Shown here one piece after another: positions 1-32,737 of a stretch of DNA of 64,000 nt (within the stretch, counting starts at the first letter, position 1; each line of letters starts with the position of its first letter). The notes below the pieces were generated by a model. It saw only the letters and a program-made list of their open reading frames with translations. It was not told the DNA's origin and made no database searches. The position numbers and the translations under genes are program-made. Source of the DNA: the human T2T-CHM13v2.0 reference genome, Homo sapiens; the NCBI RefSeq assembly GCF_009914755.1, contig NC_060927.1; one strand, given 5' to 3'.

Positions 1-54
1 CAATAAATATTTATTCTACCTGTCAATGAGTTGACTTTAGCCAAAACATTTTTC

Positions 55-560
55 ATAGTGGTTCTTAAACGTTAGTGTATATAAGAACCTACTGAATCAG
101 AATATCTAGGGCCTGGGTCCCAGGAAGGTGCAGATTTAATAAACTCCCTGGATGATTTTAATGCAGGTAGTCTGCAGCCCATGTTTTGAAAACCACTGAT
201 ATACAGCCCAATCCTGATAAGCTGTAGCATATTTTTCCCTTTGGATATCTGCTGTTTAGATTGGCTAGAAATAAAGACAAAATCCAAGTAAGTTTCTTCT
301 GCTACTTTATGTATTGATTGATTGATCAACTGACTGGCTAGCTGGCTGGCTGGTAGGAAAAGAGTGGTTCTTAATTATGTGGTTGTAGAGTACAGTGCTT
401 TCTCATATTTGAATGTGCTTAAAATTCACCTGGAAATATAGTTAAAATGCAGTTTCTGATTCAATAGTTCTGGGATGGGGCCTGAGATTCTGCATTTCTA
501 AGGAGCTCCCAGGGGATGCCAATACTGGCAGTCTGCAGACCACACTTTGAGAAGTTAGGA
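55..560. mobile_element. Two MER5A-like hAT remnants (~55-200 and ~405-560)
   Basis: gtggttcttaaac...tactgaatcagaat; ctgagattctgcatttctaa...gaccacactttgag. Confidence 0.65.
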
Positions 561-894
561 CTAGGACAATATCCAAATTAATTAAAAAGCTGCCCCACTT
601 CACTTTGGCTTGTTTAATATAGGCCATATTTATTTTTCCTAAATAAAATTCAAAGCCTTAACTACACTTACAGTACTTATTACAAGGGCTTCCAACTGTA
701 CCTATTTCAAACATAATATGAAAAAAAATTTACTTCTGTGTTATACACTTTTCTCATTAATGTTAATGCAACATTTTAAGTCTTTAAAATTAGAAGCTTT
801 GAAATAAGGAGATGGTGAGCTTAACTGCATAACTTTGTGGGGATTTTGTTGCTGTTTGTTTGGGGTTTTTTACGGAGAAAGTGTGTATATTTAC

Positions 895-962
895 CATATT
901 CCTCAGGACGGAGACAAGCTCCAAATGTGCAGTCTGGGGGAACATTCATTGTTTCTGCAATG
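895..962 (-). CDS. EFHB: EFHB exon 8 (IAETMNVPPDCTFGACLRPEEYG); EF-hand exons lie beyond the left edge
   Basis: 68 nt; acceptor ttctttgatag, donor G|gtaaat; frame continuous. Confidence 0.94.
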
Positions 963-1548
963 CTATCAAAGAAAACAAATCCTTAGTTAAAATACCCACC
1001 ACATGGCATCTCTGGAATTTAAAATATGTTTGCCATATGTTCTTAGTAGCCCATATTTTATCTCATAACCAAACTATGAAGATCAAACAAAAGTTCTCCA
1101 ATAGATCTTTTGTCTGATCTTCCACTTGCATTAACAATGACTGAATGTTTTCACCCTCTTTCAGGAGCCCAGAATTACAAAGAAAAGCAGAACACACAGA
1201 ACACATTCAAAGCAAAATTACCAAAGTATAAATAGAGAGCAAGACAGACAGACAGGAAAGACAAAGAAAAATATAAACACAGTAAGTTAAATCTCTGATA
1301 TCCCAGAAATAATGCTTTATGCAAAATTATCCCTCTCTCTTCTCCAGTGCCTTCTGCATTTTGGAGAACTCACTGCTTTCCTGGAATCCCAAATTCTATA
1401 GATATTAACAGATTAACTGATTAACAATAAAATAATGATTTTCTTATTTAATAGATAGAATCTAATAGGCACACCAACAGTTACCACAAGAGTATTTTTT
1501 AGATTCTATGCAAAGAAACTATCAATTTGAAGTTAATCATTAACTTAC

Positions 1549-1632
1549 GGATCTAAAACTCTTCCAAGTTTATGTTGAAACTTTTCTTTGAAATCATCTG
1601 CTCTTTTGGATACAAACTTAGCTCCTCTTTTC
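1549..1632 (-). CDS. EFHB: EFHB exon 7 (KRGAKFVSKRADDFKEKFQHKLGRVLDP)
   Basis: 84 nt; acceptor ttttgcag, donor CC|gtaagt. Confidence 0.95.
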
Positions 1633-1906
1633 CTGCAAAATTAGAACATTATCAGGTATCTCTATTACCTAAAGTATTCTTGGCTGCCAAATATACATGA
1701 GGCGAAGAATACCATAGTATCATTAGGCCTTCCAGGAACAAATGTAGTTTCAAAAGAAACTCTCTGCTAAAAAGAAAGTTTTATGTGTTCATTTTTCTTT
1801 CATTTACACTAAAATAAAATAAACCTTGATTAATGAATAAGGTAAGCAAACAATATTTTTAGTAAATAAAACAAGGTGTTAATATCACTATTGTAAGTGT
1901 AGCTCC

Positions 1907-2395
<489 letters not shown>

Positions 2396-2672
2396 TAGCA
2401 TCAAATAAATAAATAGCCAAAGGATATAAACAAATAACTCACATCTAGTAAGCAAATACATGGAGAATTTATAATACTCTCTAGTAATAAAATAAATGTA
2501 AAATAAAAGAATAACAAAGTGCCACTTCTAACCTAGTAAACAAGCAAATATATATAAGCATATGGAGAGAGAAAGAATATCTAACTTTGGCAAAAAAATA
2601 TGGTAAAACACTTACAGATTGCTAGTGCAAATTCCTACAGTTCTTTTGAAAATAATTGGGCAATATGAATCA

Positions 2673-3058
<386 letters not shown>

Positions 3059-3784
3059 TGTAGAAAAGTTATATGTATAAAAAATGTTTGTAGCCTCATT
3101 GATGACAGTGGAATAAAGAAAAGAATCAAAATGTTCAGTTGTGGAGGGTAATTAAATTCTGTCACATCAATAAGAATACACTGCATGCATTTTCAATGCT
3201 GGCATATACAGCAATATATAATTATTTTATGTTAGGTGGAAAACAGGATATAAAATGGGATTGCACTCTGGTAAAAACTATGCAAAAATCTACATAGGGA
3301 GCCACGCTAGGAAAAAATACATTAAAATGATAATAATGGCTGAATTAAAGTGAACAGGATTATGAGCGATTTTATTTTGCCAGTTTTCTGTAAAATAATT
3401 TTGTTACTTCTACTGTTGTGATTAAATGAATAAAATTTCTTTTGAAACGTGTAAAATTACAACACTACTATTTAATAACATTAAAATTAATAAATTCTCT
3501 ATTGTTTTGCTAAGACTAAAGACAATGAACATTACATTCTTAAAACTCCATTTGCTTTTCAAAGTATCTCCTGTACTATTGAACTACTGAGCTGAATAAA
3601 TTTCTGGAGAAGAGTGACACTCTGTGGAGGAACAAAAGAAGAAACATAAGTAATTCATCTCGTTTCTTCATTTCCTTCCCATTTGTTGGCGGGGGGAAAG
3701 AATGTAGGTGGAGTCAGAATAAATCAATGCAGTTTAGGGCTATAACTTGAACAAACAGAGTTAACAATCTAAAAATCAGCTCCA

Positions 3785-4162
<378 letters not shown>

Positions 4163-4395
4163 TCAAGAACTGCCTGGAGTATGCTTCTGCAACAATCAGG
4201 AAGTATCTGTGGGCAACCATGTATGTCAGAATATCAATAACTGCAACATCATTACACAACAATCTTGAGTTGCATTCACGAACCAACTCAGATAAAGCTC
4301 TTTGTGTGCCAGTGAATTCATTCGTTCACACATGCGCACAAACACATGCACTCGCACAGGCATGCCTACATCTGATGACTCAAACCAAAGTTTGA

Positions 4396-4805
<410 letters not shown>

Positions 4806-4993
4806 TAAAAGTTGAGAGTAAACCAAATTTACATTAAATCATGCATATAAAATTAGATGCCTCAAAATGTAAACTAACACTCTTGACTCCACGTTTGTAA
4901 CAGAAATCAAACTGAATGAAGTAGTGAGCTCTTTTTAAACTGCAACCAAAAGAATAAAGAATTTCTCTACTGCTAGCAATAACATTCCAATTA

Positions 4994-5443
<450 letters not shown>

Positions 5444-5904
5444 TCATTGATATTTGCTCTGCTCTTAGGATGTTCTTGAGGACCACGTTGTTGTTAATGT
5501 GTTTACCTCATATGTTTTACAAACTGATAGCAAGTTTATATTTCTAACCCATTGAAAATGGATAAACCATATTTGTCTCCTTTTAAGTATCAATTTATTT
5601 ATTATATTTAATTATAAATATCTGTAGTCCTTAAATATTTAAATAATATCTTCATACTTTACACATAGTTTAACCATTTTAATAATAATAATTAAGAAAT
5701 ATTTATTATGTAAATGCTTCATCCATATCCTAAATAAAAACTATCTCATACAGGGTTACTATGATACTGTAAAAATTTATTTTATGTGTGTGTTTTACCA
5801 TCCTTATTTTGAATAATTCGAGTATCAGAAACTCATGTAATAAAGGAGTGAAAGAGGAATGGAAATCATTTTTGAAGCCCATAAAGAGGTGATCAAGAAT
5901 AAAG

Positions 5905-6140
5905 TGCCTATAGATCTGGTGCAGTGGTTAGGGCTGCCTCTAGAGCCAATACTGCCTGGGTTTCATTCTTACCCCTGATACGTCTGAGCTGCATGATCTT
6001 AGGCAAATGATTTAACCCCTCTGTACCTCAGCTTTTTCACCTGTAAAATGGGAAGAATAAAAGTTATAATACACCTATCCTGTGGAGTTCTTAGTAGAAT
6101 TAAACTAATAATATATAAAGTGCTCAGAATTTTGCCTCTA
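5905..6140 (+). mobile_element. MIR
   Basis: MIR core: ggcaaatgatttaacccctctgtacctcagc...ctgtaaaatggg. Confidence 0.75.
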
Positions 6141-6329
6141 TAACTGAGAGCTGTTATTGTCACAGAGACAAAATAGGCAAGAGTGAGGCAGGTTGGATAC
6201 CTGCAGTAATGCTAAGTTTGTGTGCATGTTGGGCCTACGGAAACCTAGAGGGCCATTGTCTCCTTTAAAGAGGGCAGAGGTCAGAACAAATCTACCCCTA
6301 TCATTGACAAATATGAATGCGAGGCCCAT

Positions 6330-6960
6330 GCATTAGTTTCATGTGGTTGCTATAAGAAATTACCAAAAACTGATGGCGTAAAAAAATGTATTCTCTCACA
6401 GTCCTAGAAGCCAGAAGTCTGAAATCAAAGTGTCAGTAAGGCCACATTTCCTCTAACAGCTCTAGGGGAGAATTCATTTCTTGCTTTTTTTGTTGTTTTC
6501 CCTAGAGATGGTGTCTTGCTATGTTGCCCAGGCTGGCCTCAAGCTCCTGGGCTCAAGCCATTCTCCCACCTCAGCCTCCCAAAGCACTGGGACTACAGGC
6601 ATATGCCACCACACCCAGCCCATTCTTTCCTTCTTCCAAAGTCTGATGGCTGTTGGCATTACTTCGCATTCCTTGGTTATAAGCACATCACACCAATGTC
6701 TATCTCCATCTTCACATACCTTCCCTTCTGCATGTCTTTTCCTCTTGTGTATCAAATTTTCTTCTTCCCCTCTATGGATACTGATCATTGGATTTAACAT
6801 CCGCTCAGATAATCCAGAATGATCTCTTCATCCCAAGATCCTTAATTATATCTACAAAGACCCTTTTTCCACACAAAGTAACATTCATAGGTTCTGGCCA
6901 TCAGGACATAGACATATCTTTTTGTGGAGGGCGGGGCGGCACCAGTATTTACAACGTTCA
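6330..6960. mobile_element. MLT1 (MaLR) LTR interrupted by an antisense Alu monomer (6483-6622)
   Basis: attctctcacagt..agaagccagaagtctgaaatcaa; gataatccagaatgatctc...aagacccttttcc motifs. Confidence 0.75.
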
Positions 6961-7736
6961 AACCATGGTACCAGTATCCACAATCTTCTGATTTTTTTAA
7001 GCATAACAAGATATCTAGACTTTTATGAGCAATCTTCCAAAGTTTATGTGTTGGCTCGGATATAAAATATAACGCAGGAAATGAAAAACTAATGACCCAA
7101 TTTTGTTTTCTAAGGAAGTAGTCTTTACAGAATGAAGAGATAAAAAGGTCACAATTTGAAAAAGTTGAGTGATGCTCAGGTGCCCAAATAACTATTCAAC
7201 AAAGCTGAATAACAAATATCAGGTCAAGACAGGATGGTTATTCATGCCTTTATTCCCAGCTATTCAGAAGGCTGAGGTGGATAGCTTGAGTCCAGGAGTT
7301 CAAGGTTGCAGTGAGCTATGAAGGCCCTACTGTACTCCAGCCTGAGCAATAGAGCAAGATGCTGTCTCAATAAATAAATAAATAAATTTCAAGTCAATTA
7401 CAATTGTCTTGGTAGAGTTTTGAAAGTCCATTATATTTAAGAAACACAAATAAAGTTGATCCCAGAGAATTAAAACATGCATATATGTCTTTATGTTTGC
7501 TTGCAACTTCAGAATAAAGATAGAAAAAAAAAAGTATCATTTTTACCTCTGTAGGAACTAGATAGGATGGGTGTCAGAAGTGAAATACATTACACTGTTT
7601 TTTCTATTTTTTTCTAATCATCTTGTTTGAACCATATCATTTTATTACCTCTTCAAAAAATAAAGTTTAAAAATCAACTTTTCTTTAAGTCCAAATGTCT
7701 AACACTTGTTCCTGGGCACAGTATAATTACACTTAC

Positions 7737-7866
7737 ATTTGTAGTTCATGGAGCCAATATAGAGATTTTGCCATGGCTCGTCCATCATTAAAATGTGGTG
7801 TTGGTACTCCATACACACTACACCTATGGAAACTTGATGGGTTATACTTTCGGTTCTTTGCCTCTC
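7737..7866 (-). CDS. EFHB: EFHB exon 6 (EAKNRKYNPSS...LYWLHELQM)
   Basis: 130 nt; acceptor tttttccacag, donor AT|gtaagt; phases 1 and 2 fit the neighbouring exons. Confidence 0.95.
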
Positions 7867-8088
7867 CTGTGGAAAAAGAAAGGAAGACTTATGACTTAAG
7901 CAACACGAATAACCTTATCACGCAAGATGCACACTATGTTCTCATTGACATTGAAAATGAGAATGGAACAAAAAATGAAATTGTAACAGTGCAGAAACTG
8001 CACAGATTTAGCTACAGATGACAGAAGCATTCCCCCATGTGAGCTGGGAGACTGGTGGGATGCTACACACAACAATACGTTGTGTTAA

Positions 8089-9480
<1,392 letters not shown>

Positions 9481-10367
9481 TTAGAAAGTAAGTAAGGACA
9501 TTGTATGGGAAAAAGAGATATCAATGATGAAAAACTGCAGGGTCTCCACCATTGTTATGGAAATCCTGAAGATCAAGGGAGGTATGGCAATGATTTAGGT
9601 CTCTGGCAGCACTTTCCACTATGCTAAGATTTGAGAGGTTTGGTGTTTTGCACTTGTTCTCACTGAGATTTGGTGCGATCATCAGAACATTGCGACCCTC
9701 ATATTTCATTTACCTCATATTAGAAACATTCAAAGGGTGATTGAGAGCTGAGAAACCAACAGAGGAGTCTTTTTATTTAAAACTGAATACTGTGCTTTTT
9801 TCTTTTCAAGTCTTGATGTGGTATTAGTTTTCTATTTCGAGATAAGAAAGTAGGACTGAAACTAGAGAACAACCAAGAGGGTAAGAAATGTTGGAGTAAA
9901 GATATTCAGCCTCACTAGTAACTCAAATAATGTAAATAAAAACAGTAAATGTCTTGTTATTGAAGTAACAAGAAATTACAATTGTCTCTTAGTTAAGCAA
10001 AAATAAAGAAGATTGGCTGAGCTCATTATTGGGAAGGGTGTGGAGAAATGGATATTCTCATACTCTGGGTCTAAGGGCAAATTGGGCAGTAATTTGAGCT
10101 GACAGTTTGGCTCTAAAAGTAAAAATTTCTCAGAAATCTAGGAATGTAACTTAAGGAAATAGCCAATCACATTTACAAAGGTATATCAACAATATGTTTT
10201 TGTAATAGTGAAAATATAATGTAGATACTGACATGAAAAGACATTCCAAAATATTTCATAAGACAAAAAAAGCAAAAGGAAAAATGTATATATGATGTGG
10301 AACAAAATGAACATACATACTGATATATACAAAAGTGCAAAGAAAAACATCTATGAACATATTATCG

Positions 10368-10873
<506 letters not shown>

Positions 10874-11084
10874 TTAATAATGATTAAAATTAAGTTATTT
10901 TAAAGTATTAAGTGTATTTTAAATGTTGTAGGTCCATATTTATTGCTATCTACATATTATTTAAGTAAAAAATTTAAAATATATAGAGCAGGCTCCCTAA
11001 AAGCATGGAGAGTATTATTCCATTTATTTAATGATTAATGATTTAATGGCTGAATGGATGGGGGTTAGAAAAAATGTTCAGAGA

Positions 11085-19335
<8,251 letters not shown>

Positions 19336-20356
19336 AATATAAATATATATAGTTTATAAATATAAATATATATGTTTCATATATATAGAAACATAAAAAG
19401 GAAAGGATATTTAATCTACTGTAAAATACATTTTTCATGTGTCATATTTTTTAAAACTTCAGATATGATGCAATAAGGTACTACTCCAGATTTTACATTC
19501 CAAAGTATAATCTATCTTCAGAGTAGATGTCACTACCTTAAGGAAAATAATCTAATGAGCCTTTCGGTGAACAAAGCTAAGGTTCCTGGAAGAGAGCCTC
19601 AATGGGTATGGAAAGACAAAGAGAGAATTTCTCCACAAAATAAAGAAAGATGGAATTTGAGATCTCCTATGGTAAGACTCCTAGAGGGAGGGGATAACCT
19701 GAAAAAGAGTAGAGGAGAGAAATCTGAGAAAGGTGTAAAGAAAGGTACCCAACAACATGGCAGGAACCTGGGTCTTCAGAGGGAAGAATGGCCTGTGATC
19801 AACTCTAATGAGTTATTTGTTGAATGATGGTACTCTACTCCCTCTCAAAATCAGAGTGGAAGTCAACTATGCACTCTGCTCTGTATTTGGTTAGTACGCA
19901 GGTAGACCTCACGGATCTGCATGAATGGAGTGCAGTATACAGCATTTACCATACTTATCTGTGCCATGAACTCTGTTGCATAAAGAGTTCGGAGTCATGA
20001 ACACATGTGAAGCACTGATGGAAATGAAACACACAAATGGATGTCCAAGGCAAAGGGATTGTAGTTCTCTAGCTAGCCCCAGAGCCAATTTTTGTTGAGT
20101 TCTTTCCTGTCTTTACACCATGCCTACTATGCTCACTATATCTGGACTCCAATACCTGAATTTTTCCTGCCTCTGCATACATACACGTCAAGGATTTTGG
20201 TTCTGAGAGTAACTTTCTTGCAACAATCCCATCTTTCCTTCTTGAGTCATCGTTTACACCATCACCAAACATCATACAAATAAGATATTTAATCAAATTT
20301 TCCAAAGAGACTTATTTTACCAGCCCCTTCCCACCCCTTATTTTTTTTTTTACTAC

Positions 20357-20537
20357 CTTTGATGACTGCTGTCCCAAATGTCGTATTGATTGTGTCCATG
20401 CCTTTTGGTAATCCTGGTGCTTGATCGTGAGATTTTCCTAATGGTGCTCGTCGATTGCTAAGATATATAGATTCTTTTTTATCTTTAATTTTCTGTTGAA
20501 ATGTGGTAATAGGCTGTGGGTTTATCAATGTGTTTGC
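20357..20537 (-). CDS. EFHB: EFHB exon 4 (ANTLINPQP...TTFGTAVIK)
   Basis: 181 nt; overlaps ORF 20289..20528; acceptor ttctttag, donor AAG|gtagta; phase 1 matches exon 5. Confidence 0.94.
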
Positions 20538-20817
20538 CTAAAGAAATCATACAATGCACAAATATATCAACAAAAAAAGTATAAATCTGAAAATAGAAAC
20601 CCTAATCAATAGCTGGGGAGAGGAGACTGTACGATTGTGGGAAAACATTTCATTATCATTATTGGCTTTGCTCACCTTCAAATGAACTGTCAGAATTGGC
20701 TATGAAGTTTAAACACGCCTACAAGAACTTTCTAATGAGTTAAAAGGTTTCAGTGATACTAAAAGGTTTACAATGATAGCTTCCAGGTTACTTGACTCAA
20801 ATATTTAAGAAAAGTGG

Positions 20818-21663
<846 letters not shown>

Positions 21664-21958
21664 TGACAGTATTTCTCTTTATTGTGAGAAAATGGAATGC
21701 AACTAGGCTTTTATCATTTGAGAGAACAATAGATAGTTTGTGGCTTAAACTATTAATTTCTTCACACTGTCTTGGCTGCTGCTGCTTGGCTTTTTTTTAC
21801 TGCTCAAGATAAATGCTTTTGGAAGACAGATTGAGAAAAGCCTAGTAAAAATATGGGTGGGAAGGAGATTGGAACTGATGAATTTCACTAATACCTGATT
21901 TGTGCATTTTCACCTTGGTAAATTAATAATGTACAAGGAAAAAAAGAAAATAACTTAC

Positions 21959-22102
21959 CAGTATTGAAATTTTAGATCTAATTCCATGTGTCAAATAAGG
22001 TGCAATCTGGGGATCATTTGCTCTTCCGTAAAATACTCTTTCTACTCCAGCAGGTGGATATCTGAAGTTGAAATACTTTTTTGCTTCAGGTGGAGTAATT
22101 AG
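21959..22102 (-). CDS. EFHB: EFHB exon 3 (LITPPEAKKYF...THGIRSKISIL)
   Basis: 144 nt; acceptor ctttgtag, donor CTG|gtaagt. Confidence 0.95.
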
Positions 22103-22630
22103 CTACAAAGAGTGAGGCAAGAAAATAGTATTAAGTACAGTTTCTAAAAATATTAACAGGACTGATCTATACCAATCAACCAACAACCTTAAGTGCATGT
22201 ATGTAGTAAATGCATTTGGAACTACAGCCCCAAATAATGAACATCCCCCTAAAATGTATTTATTTATTAATGAAAGTAAAAAACATTTTTTTCCATGACA
22301 CAGATCCTGAGAACATGTGTCCTAAACAACATATTTTAAATGTTGTATTTAGAAAACAACCAGGAAGTATCCAGGTTACAAAGCATACCGTTATTCCCAC
22401 TGAAATAAATTGAATCCCCTGTAATTGAATCCCTGTAGAGCTAGAAATTGTAAGCCTGGGATTTTCACTTTCTTGGACAAAATCAATAGAAGGCCTCAAA
22501 ATACAGCAAAGAATCCAAATTGACCACATTAAGTTTATACCACTTTCATAAGGAACGTTGAGTTGCCTATTCCTTAATGTTCACATAGAAGGTAAAAATA
22601 GAAATATAAAGGTATATTGAAAGTGCTCAC

Positions 22631-22693
22631 CCTGGGAAGTTTTTCAGTCAAGCAGGTTGCAACTCTGTAACCAACTGGAATAACTTTTCCTGC
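22631..22693 (-). CDS. EFHB: EFHB exon 2 (AGKVIPVGYRVATCLTEKLPR)
   Basis: 63 nt; acceptor ccccaaag, donor AGG|gtgagc; frame continuous with exons 1 and 3. Confidence 0.94.
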
Positions 22694-23995
22694 CTTTGGG
22701 GGAAAAAAATGGGTTGATCATTGCCAGGGTGGAAGAGGAGCATTTTGAAGAATGAAATTTATTTCAAACTTGTCCTATGCCTCTGAGGCTACAAAGTTAC
22801 TTTTGACTAACATAAAAAAGGAAGAACAAATAGTAAATGTAAAGCAATCTTCATACGTAACAAACATTAAATGCTATGTATATATTATAAACATTTATAA
22901 AATTGTAAGCATATATTTTTACAGCACTAACATTGTTAGTGATTCATCCAGTTACAGGAATTCTGTGACATGTTGAGGAATTCAACCTTCAGAACAATCT
23001 TCTCATAGATCACAGGTTAATTATTCATTGTTCTATATAACAGTGAAATAGAAGTATGATCTTTGGGAGGCCAAGAAGGGAGGGTTTCTCATGGCCAGGA
23101 GTTCGAGGCTACAGTGAGCTGTGATCACATCACTGTACTCCATCCTGGGCAATGGAGCAAGACCTTGCCTCCGAAAATAAATAAATAAATAAAATTTAAA
23201 ACTGAGAGAAAGAAACTAACTTCCCATAGTGTTCTGGGTCTCTGGAAAGAGTAGAGAGCGACAGAGAAAGAAAGAGAACAAACAGACAAAAGCAGAGAAA
23301 TTGAGAATGGAGTGGAGTGGATGGATGAATGAGTAGATGTGGGTGAACATATGAATGAATACATACGGGTAGGTGAAAGTTTATTATTATGTTAAGTGTT
23401 GAGTGTGGAATTCCTTTTAGTGAGAGAGTCTTTAGGGTTTAAGAGACTGTCTTGCTGACATCTCTAGGTATAAAAGAGGAAGCCCACAGACATAGCCAGG
23501 CAGAAAACTGAATTGCTTTGTTAAAAAAAAAATGGGAGAAAATATGATCTTTGTAGTGTCTAATGTTTTAATATGAATTATTAGACTCCAGTTTGAAAGG
23601 GAGGGGCAAAACAACTTCTGATTAGATACATTAAGAAGGAAAAATCAAGGAGATGACAAATAAATTGAGAAAGTGTGTGGAGTCCAAGGTCTAGCAACAG
23701 GGTGAGAGGCTGGGGGGGCCAAGATGGGAAATAAGACAGTAAGAAGCAGCCCAGTCTTAATGCTGTATCTTCAGTAAATTCTACCCACACAATTACATTG
23801 TGTGAGAAGAACTTTGTGTAAAAAAAGAAAGGAGCTGTGTTCTGTGTTCTAACCTGGGCAAAAGCAAGACTGAGAAGATGGAGAAGAGATATAGTGAGAT
23901 TTTTTTTAATTCAGTTATAAGTTATAAGAAATCTCACTAATACCAGGGAATATTGTCTCTCTCTATACTTAGGATACGAACTCAAGTCATTTTTA

Positions 23996-26637
<2,642 letters not shown>

Positions 26638-26924
26638 TTTTCTCACTATTTATTCACACATTTATGTATTTACATCCCTATGTACTCGTGGATTTCTATT
26701 TTATTCAATGGTAATTTTATTCAATACTCAATGTACACCAGTTTGGTCTAGGGGAAGACTCATCAACCTTGTTTCTTCAAGTTTGTTTTATATCTGCATG
26801 ATTCTTTAGGATTCTTCTCATTTTTTTGCTCATGAGGATGTTCCATGTTCATATTGTACTTGCCTGTGCAAGTCCTAGAGTCAGCCATTTCTCCAAGGAG
26901 CTTAATTTCTTTTCAAAGAGAATA

Positions 26925-27010
26925 GTACATGGCACATGTATACATATGTAACTAACCTGCACATTGTGAACATATACCCTAAAACTTAAAGTATAATAAT
27001 AAAAAAAAAG
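26925..27010 (+). mobile_element. Severely 5'-truncated L1PA 3' end
   Basis: catggcacatgtatacatatgtaactaacctgcacattgtg...taaaacttaaagtataataataaaa. Confidence 0.85.
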
Positions 27011-27089
27011 AAATAAAGATCTGGATTTTGGTGTGCTCTTTGCTACTAGAGAAATACCGCTTCTAAGCTCTCTTAAATAGAGTTAGGAT

Positions 27090-27459
<370 letters not shown>

Positions 27460-28387
27460 CTAGTTAAATGTGTGTAGTTAGAATCCATGGTCATAGATAT
27501 ATAGATATATCATAAATGTATATGAATGCCTCTAATCACAATCCAACACAACAGGATTCATTCTATTCTCCTTTCCATATTTATAACACTTTTCTCTGTC
27601 AGTGAGAAAAGGGTTATTGCCCTAAATAACCCTGGCATTATTGTCCTAAATATATTTACTTATCTGCTTAGGCTTTCTGTCTGTAACCCAACTCCAAACT
27701 GCACCAACCATCTCCTTGCTCAGCTGCCTCTTTGCTCGGTCCCTAACAACACCGGAGACACCTTGCTTGGCCACCTCCTCACTCAACCCCCAGTGTTACA
27801 GGCTTTAATGGCCAAGTACCTCTTTCATTTATCATACAAGTGAGTCCCAAGATTCAAGTCAACTCAGGAAGGTTGATATAAGACCATTTTCAGCTGCTCA
27901 AGACCCACAGACCCATAATCATCACACCACCTTCCACTCTTCAAACTCAATGTGGGTTAGCTTAATGGTTACAGCTCTCCCACTTGCCCTTGGTCAAGAT
28001 CCCTCTGTTTTACTCAGAGAGATCCCCAATTCTAAACATCTCAGAGAGCATTAGGAGTGATGGTACCCATTCCCTTTCTGCCCAGAAGACACTGAATCCA
28101 TTATGCAAATAAAAACATCCAATTCCCAGAATTCTGCAGAGATTAGCTTTGGAAATTCATACAAAATAAATCTTTTTACCTGGTATTTTCTCCAATACCA
28201 GGGCCTGCATAACTAGGAAGGTCCCACAAGATTTATTAACAGGTGGCACCTTTCCCTCCACCTATTCCCAAAATAGCTGTCAGGTTCTACTAGTATAGAA
28301 CAGGAAAAAGCAAGGCACCCCTTTGCATGACATTTGTCATATCATAAAGTCATTTGTCTATTGGTCTCCAGTCTCTAAGTTCCTTGA

Positions 28388-29182
<795 letters not shown>

Positions 29183-30577
29183 ATAGCCCTATGTTATCAT
29201 GGACACTATAATTTTTGTAAACTTTCCCTTGAAGCTTTCCTTCCTTCTTCGTCTTTCTATTCCAGGGCTCAATATCATTTACCAATGCACTTTGTATGCT
29301 TCAGATGTTTTGTCTTAATAACTCCAGGTTTCTGCCATAGTCAGTGCATTGATGGAAATCAAGGGACAGTCTCGGGATAGCTTAGAAAATAACCATTGTA
29401 GAGATTTTGATCTCTGACAGTGTTTTTCAAAAGTCAAGTGCCCTTTCAAGGGCTACCAGGCCTCCACACAGAGGACCTCCTTTCACAAGAATCTTTTTGA
29501 TTGTTTAAGAACACACCAGAAATCTCTCCTTAGGCCAGTATTTCTTGGAAACTTTTCCTTCCTGCACTGGTTCCACATCCATGACTGTTTTACTAGAAGA
29601 ACTTGCCTGATGGGTCTCATAAATCCAACAGAGCAAACCTTCACCCGCAACTAAACACCAACTTTGGGCAGCAACTTCAAACCATAGGATGAGTATTCCT
29701 GAAATAAGGTGTATCTGCTCTTCCTCGCTCAAAACTGGAAAGATCTCTCATTAAAGTAAGTTCTTCCAGTTCCCTGAATGCACCCTGATGCAAAGTGATT
29801 ATCCTCAAGCATTGATCTTGCAGGTTATTCACAATGGGGATTTTCATCTAAACTCTCCTCACAGCCATGCTTGACACTGGGTTTCAACCTCACCCAAATG
29901 CACTTCCTTCCTACTCTGAGACTCAGGGGCATCAAATACTTTACCATCCCATCCCCTGGTCAGGATGTTAGGGATTGCCTTCTCTTCCTTTTTCAGCTGT
30001 TTGAGTTTAACCAAGCTTACAAGAAGTAAATAATACTATAAATACTGTAGTATATATAAACAAATACTATAGTATATATATAGTATATACTATATATATA
30101 GTAAATAATATAGTAGCTAATACTATACATAACATATAAAGAAAGCATAAAGACAGTTGGAAAGCTGGGAAGCTTCTCAATTCTTTTTATATACTGGCGT
30201 TACCCTAATACCAAGCACAAAAAGAAAAACTACTGTCTAAATTTACAGAGAACCACAAATACAAAAATCCTAGTGAAACACTGGCAAGTCAAATCCAGGG
30301 ATATATTATGAACATAATATATCACAAGGAGGGCTTAGGCCAAAAATATGAAGATGGTTTACCCTTAGAAAATGAACTATTTTAATTCAGAAAAAATATA
30401 TATTTCAATAAATGTGGGAAAAGCTTTTCACAGATTGTTTAGTCCTGATTTTTAAACTTTCTTAGCAAACTGGAAATGGATACAAGTGTTCTTAACTTTA
30501 AATATCAGAAATCTCCCACAAAATCACATGTAATAGTGAAACATTAGAATCATTCCCATCAAAATCAGAAAAGAGAC

Positions 30578-31864
<1,287 letters not shown>

Positions 31865-32737
31865 GAATTGGCTTAAATATTTTTTATCATTAAAAGATCT
31901 TTTTGAAGTCTTTGTAGTAATAGTTAAATCTTATAAATAACAAATGAAAAATCAAAACAAATTTTGCACTCGATAATAACAACTACATAAAAGTGCATTT
32001 GGATAAAAGTGTCATAAAAAGTATAGAGTAACTAACAACTCAGGCTCTCAAATAGGAATTTGAGATTTCAAATCCCACCACTTTTTAGCTATATGACTTT
32101 AGCCGAATTACCTAAATTTGCTTCCATTTCTTTACCTGTAAAATAGGATTTAGTAATAGTAGATGACTCACAGATTGCAATAAGGGCAAACGAATTAATA
32201 CCTGCAAAGGTCTATGAATAGCCATATTAATATAGTAAGCCACCAATAAATATTAATAATCGTGAAACAGTAAAGTGCTAATAGGCATTGTGTTAAGGTG
32301 ATAAGATTCTAGGCATTTTCATCCCTGTTTTCTAAATTTTCTATAATGTTATTATTCTTGTGTTATAATCAAAATAAATATTTTAACATCTTAAAAATTA
32401 TTTTTAAATGAAGCCTTGTTTCTAACAAAGTTAGAATCCCTCCTCTTGCCTATAATCCTAATTCCATTCCCTTCCACTCATCTAGAATCTGGTTCCACCC
32501 ATTCTCTTCCTTTGTGTTATCTCAAACTCCTCCACTGATTCACTAAATAATAAGATTTCTAAGTGGAATATTTACTCTTTCTCTTCACTGTCATACTTCT
32601 TAAGAGAAAAAAATTTCATGATAGCTTTCTCCGATTCTAATAACCCATTCGCTCTTCAGTATATTATAATCTGAATTCTTTTTCTATTATGTCGTTCTAA
32701 CAATGTTGGTAATTTCTTAATGTCCAAAGTTAATTAA

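Noticed and set aside
9517-9575. Box C (ATGATGA 9524-9530) and box D (CTGA 9566-9569) snoRNA-like arrangement
   Set aside because: Only ~55 nt, imperfect terminal stem, antisense to the host intron, and no match to a snoRNA I recognise.
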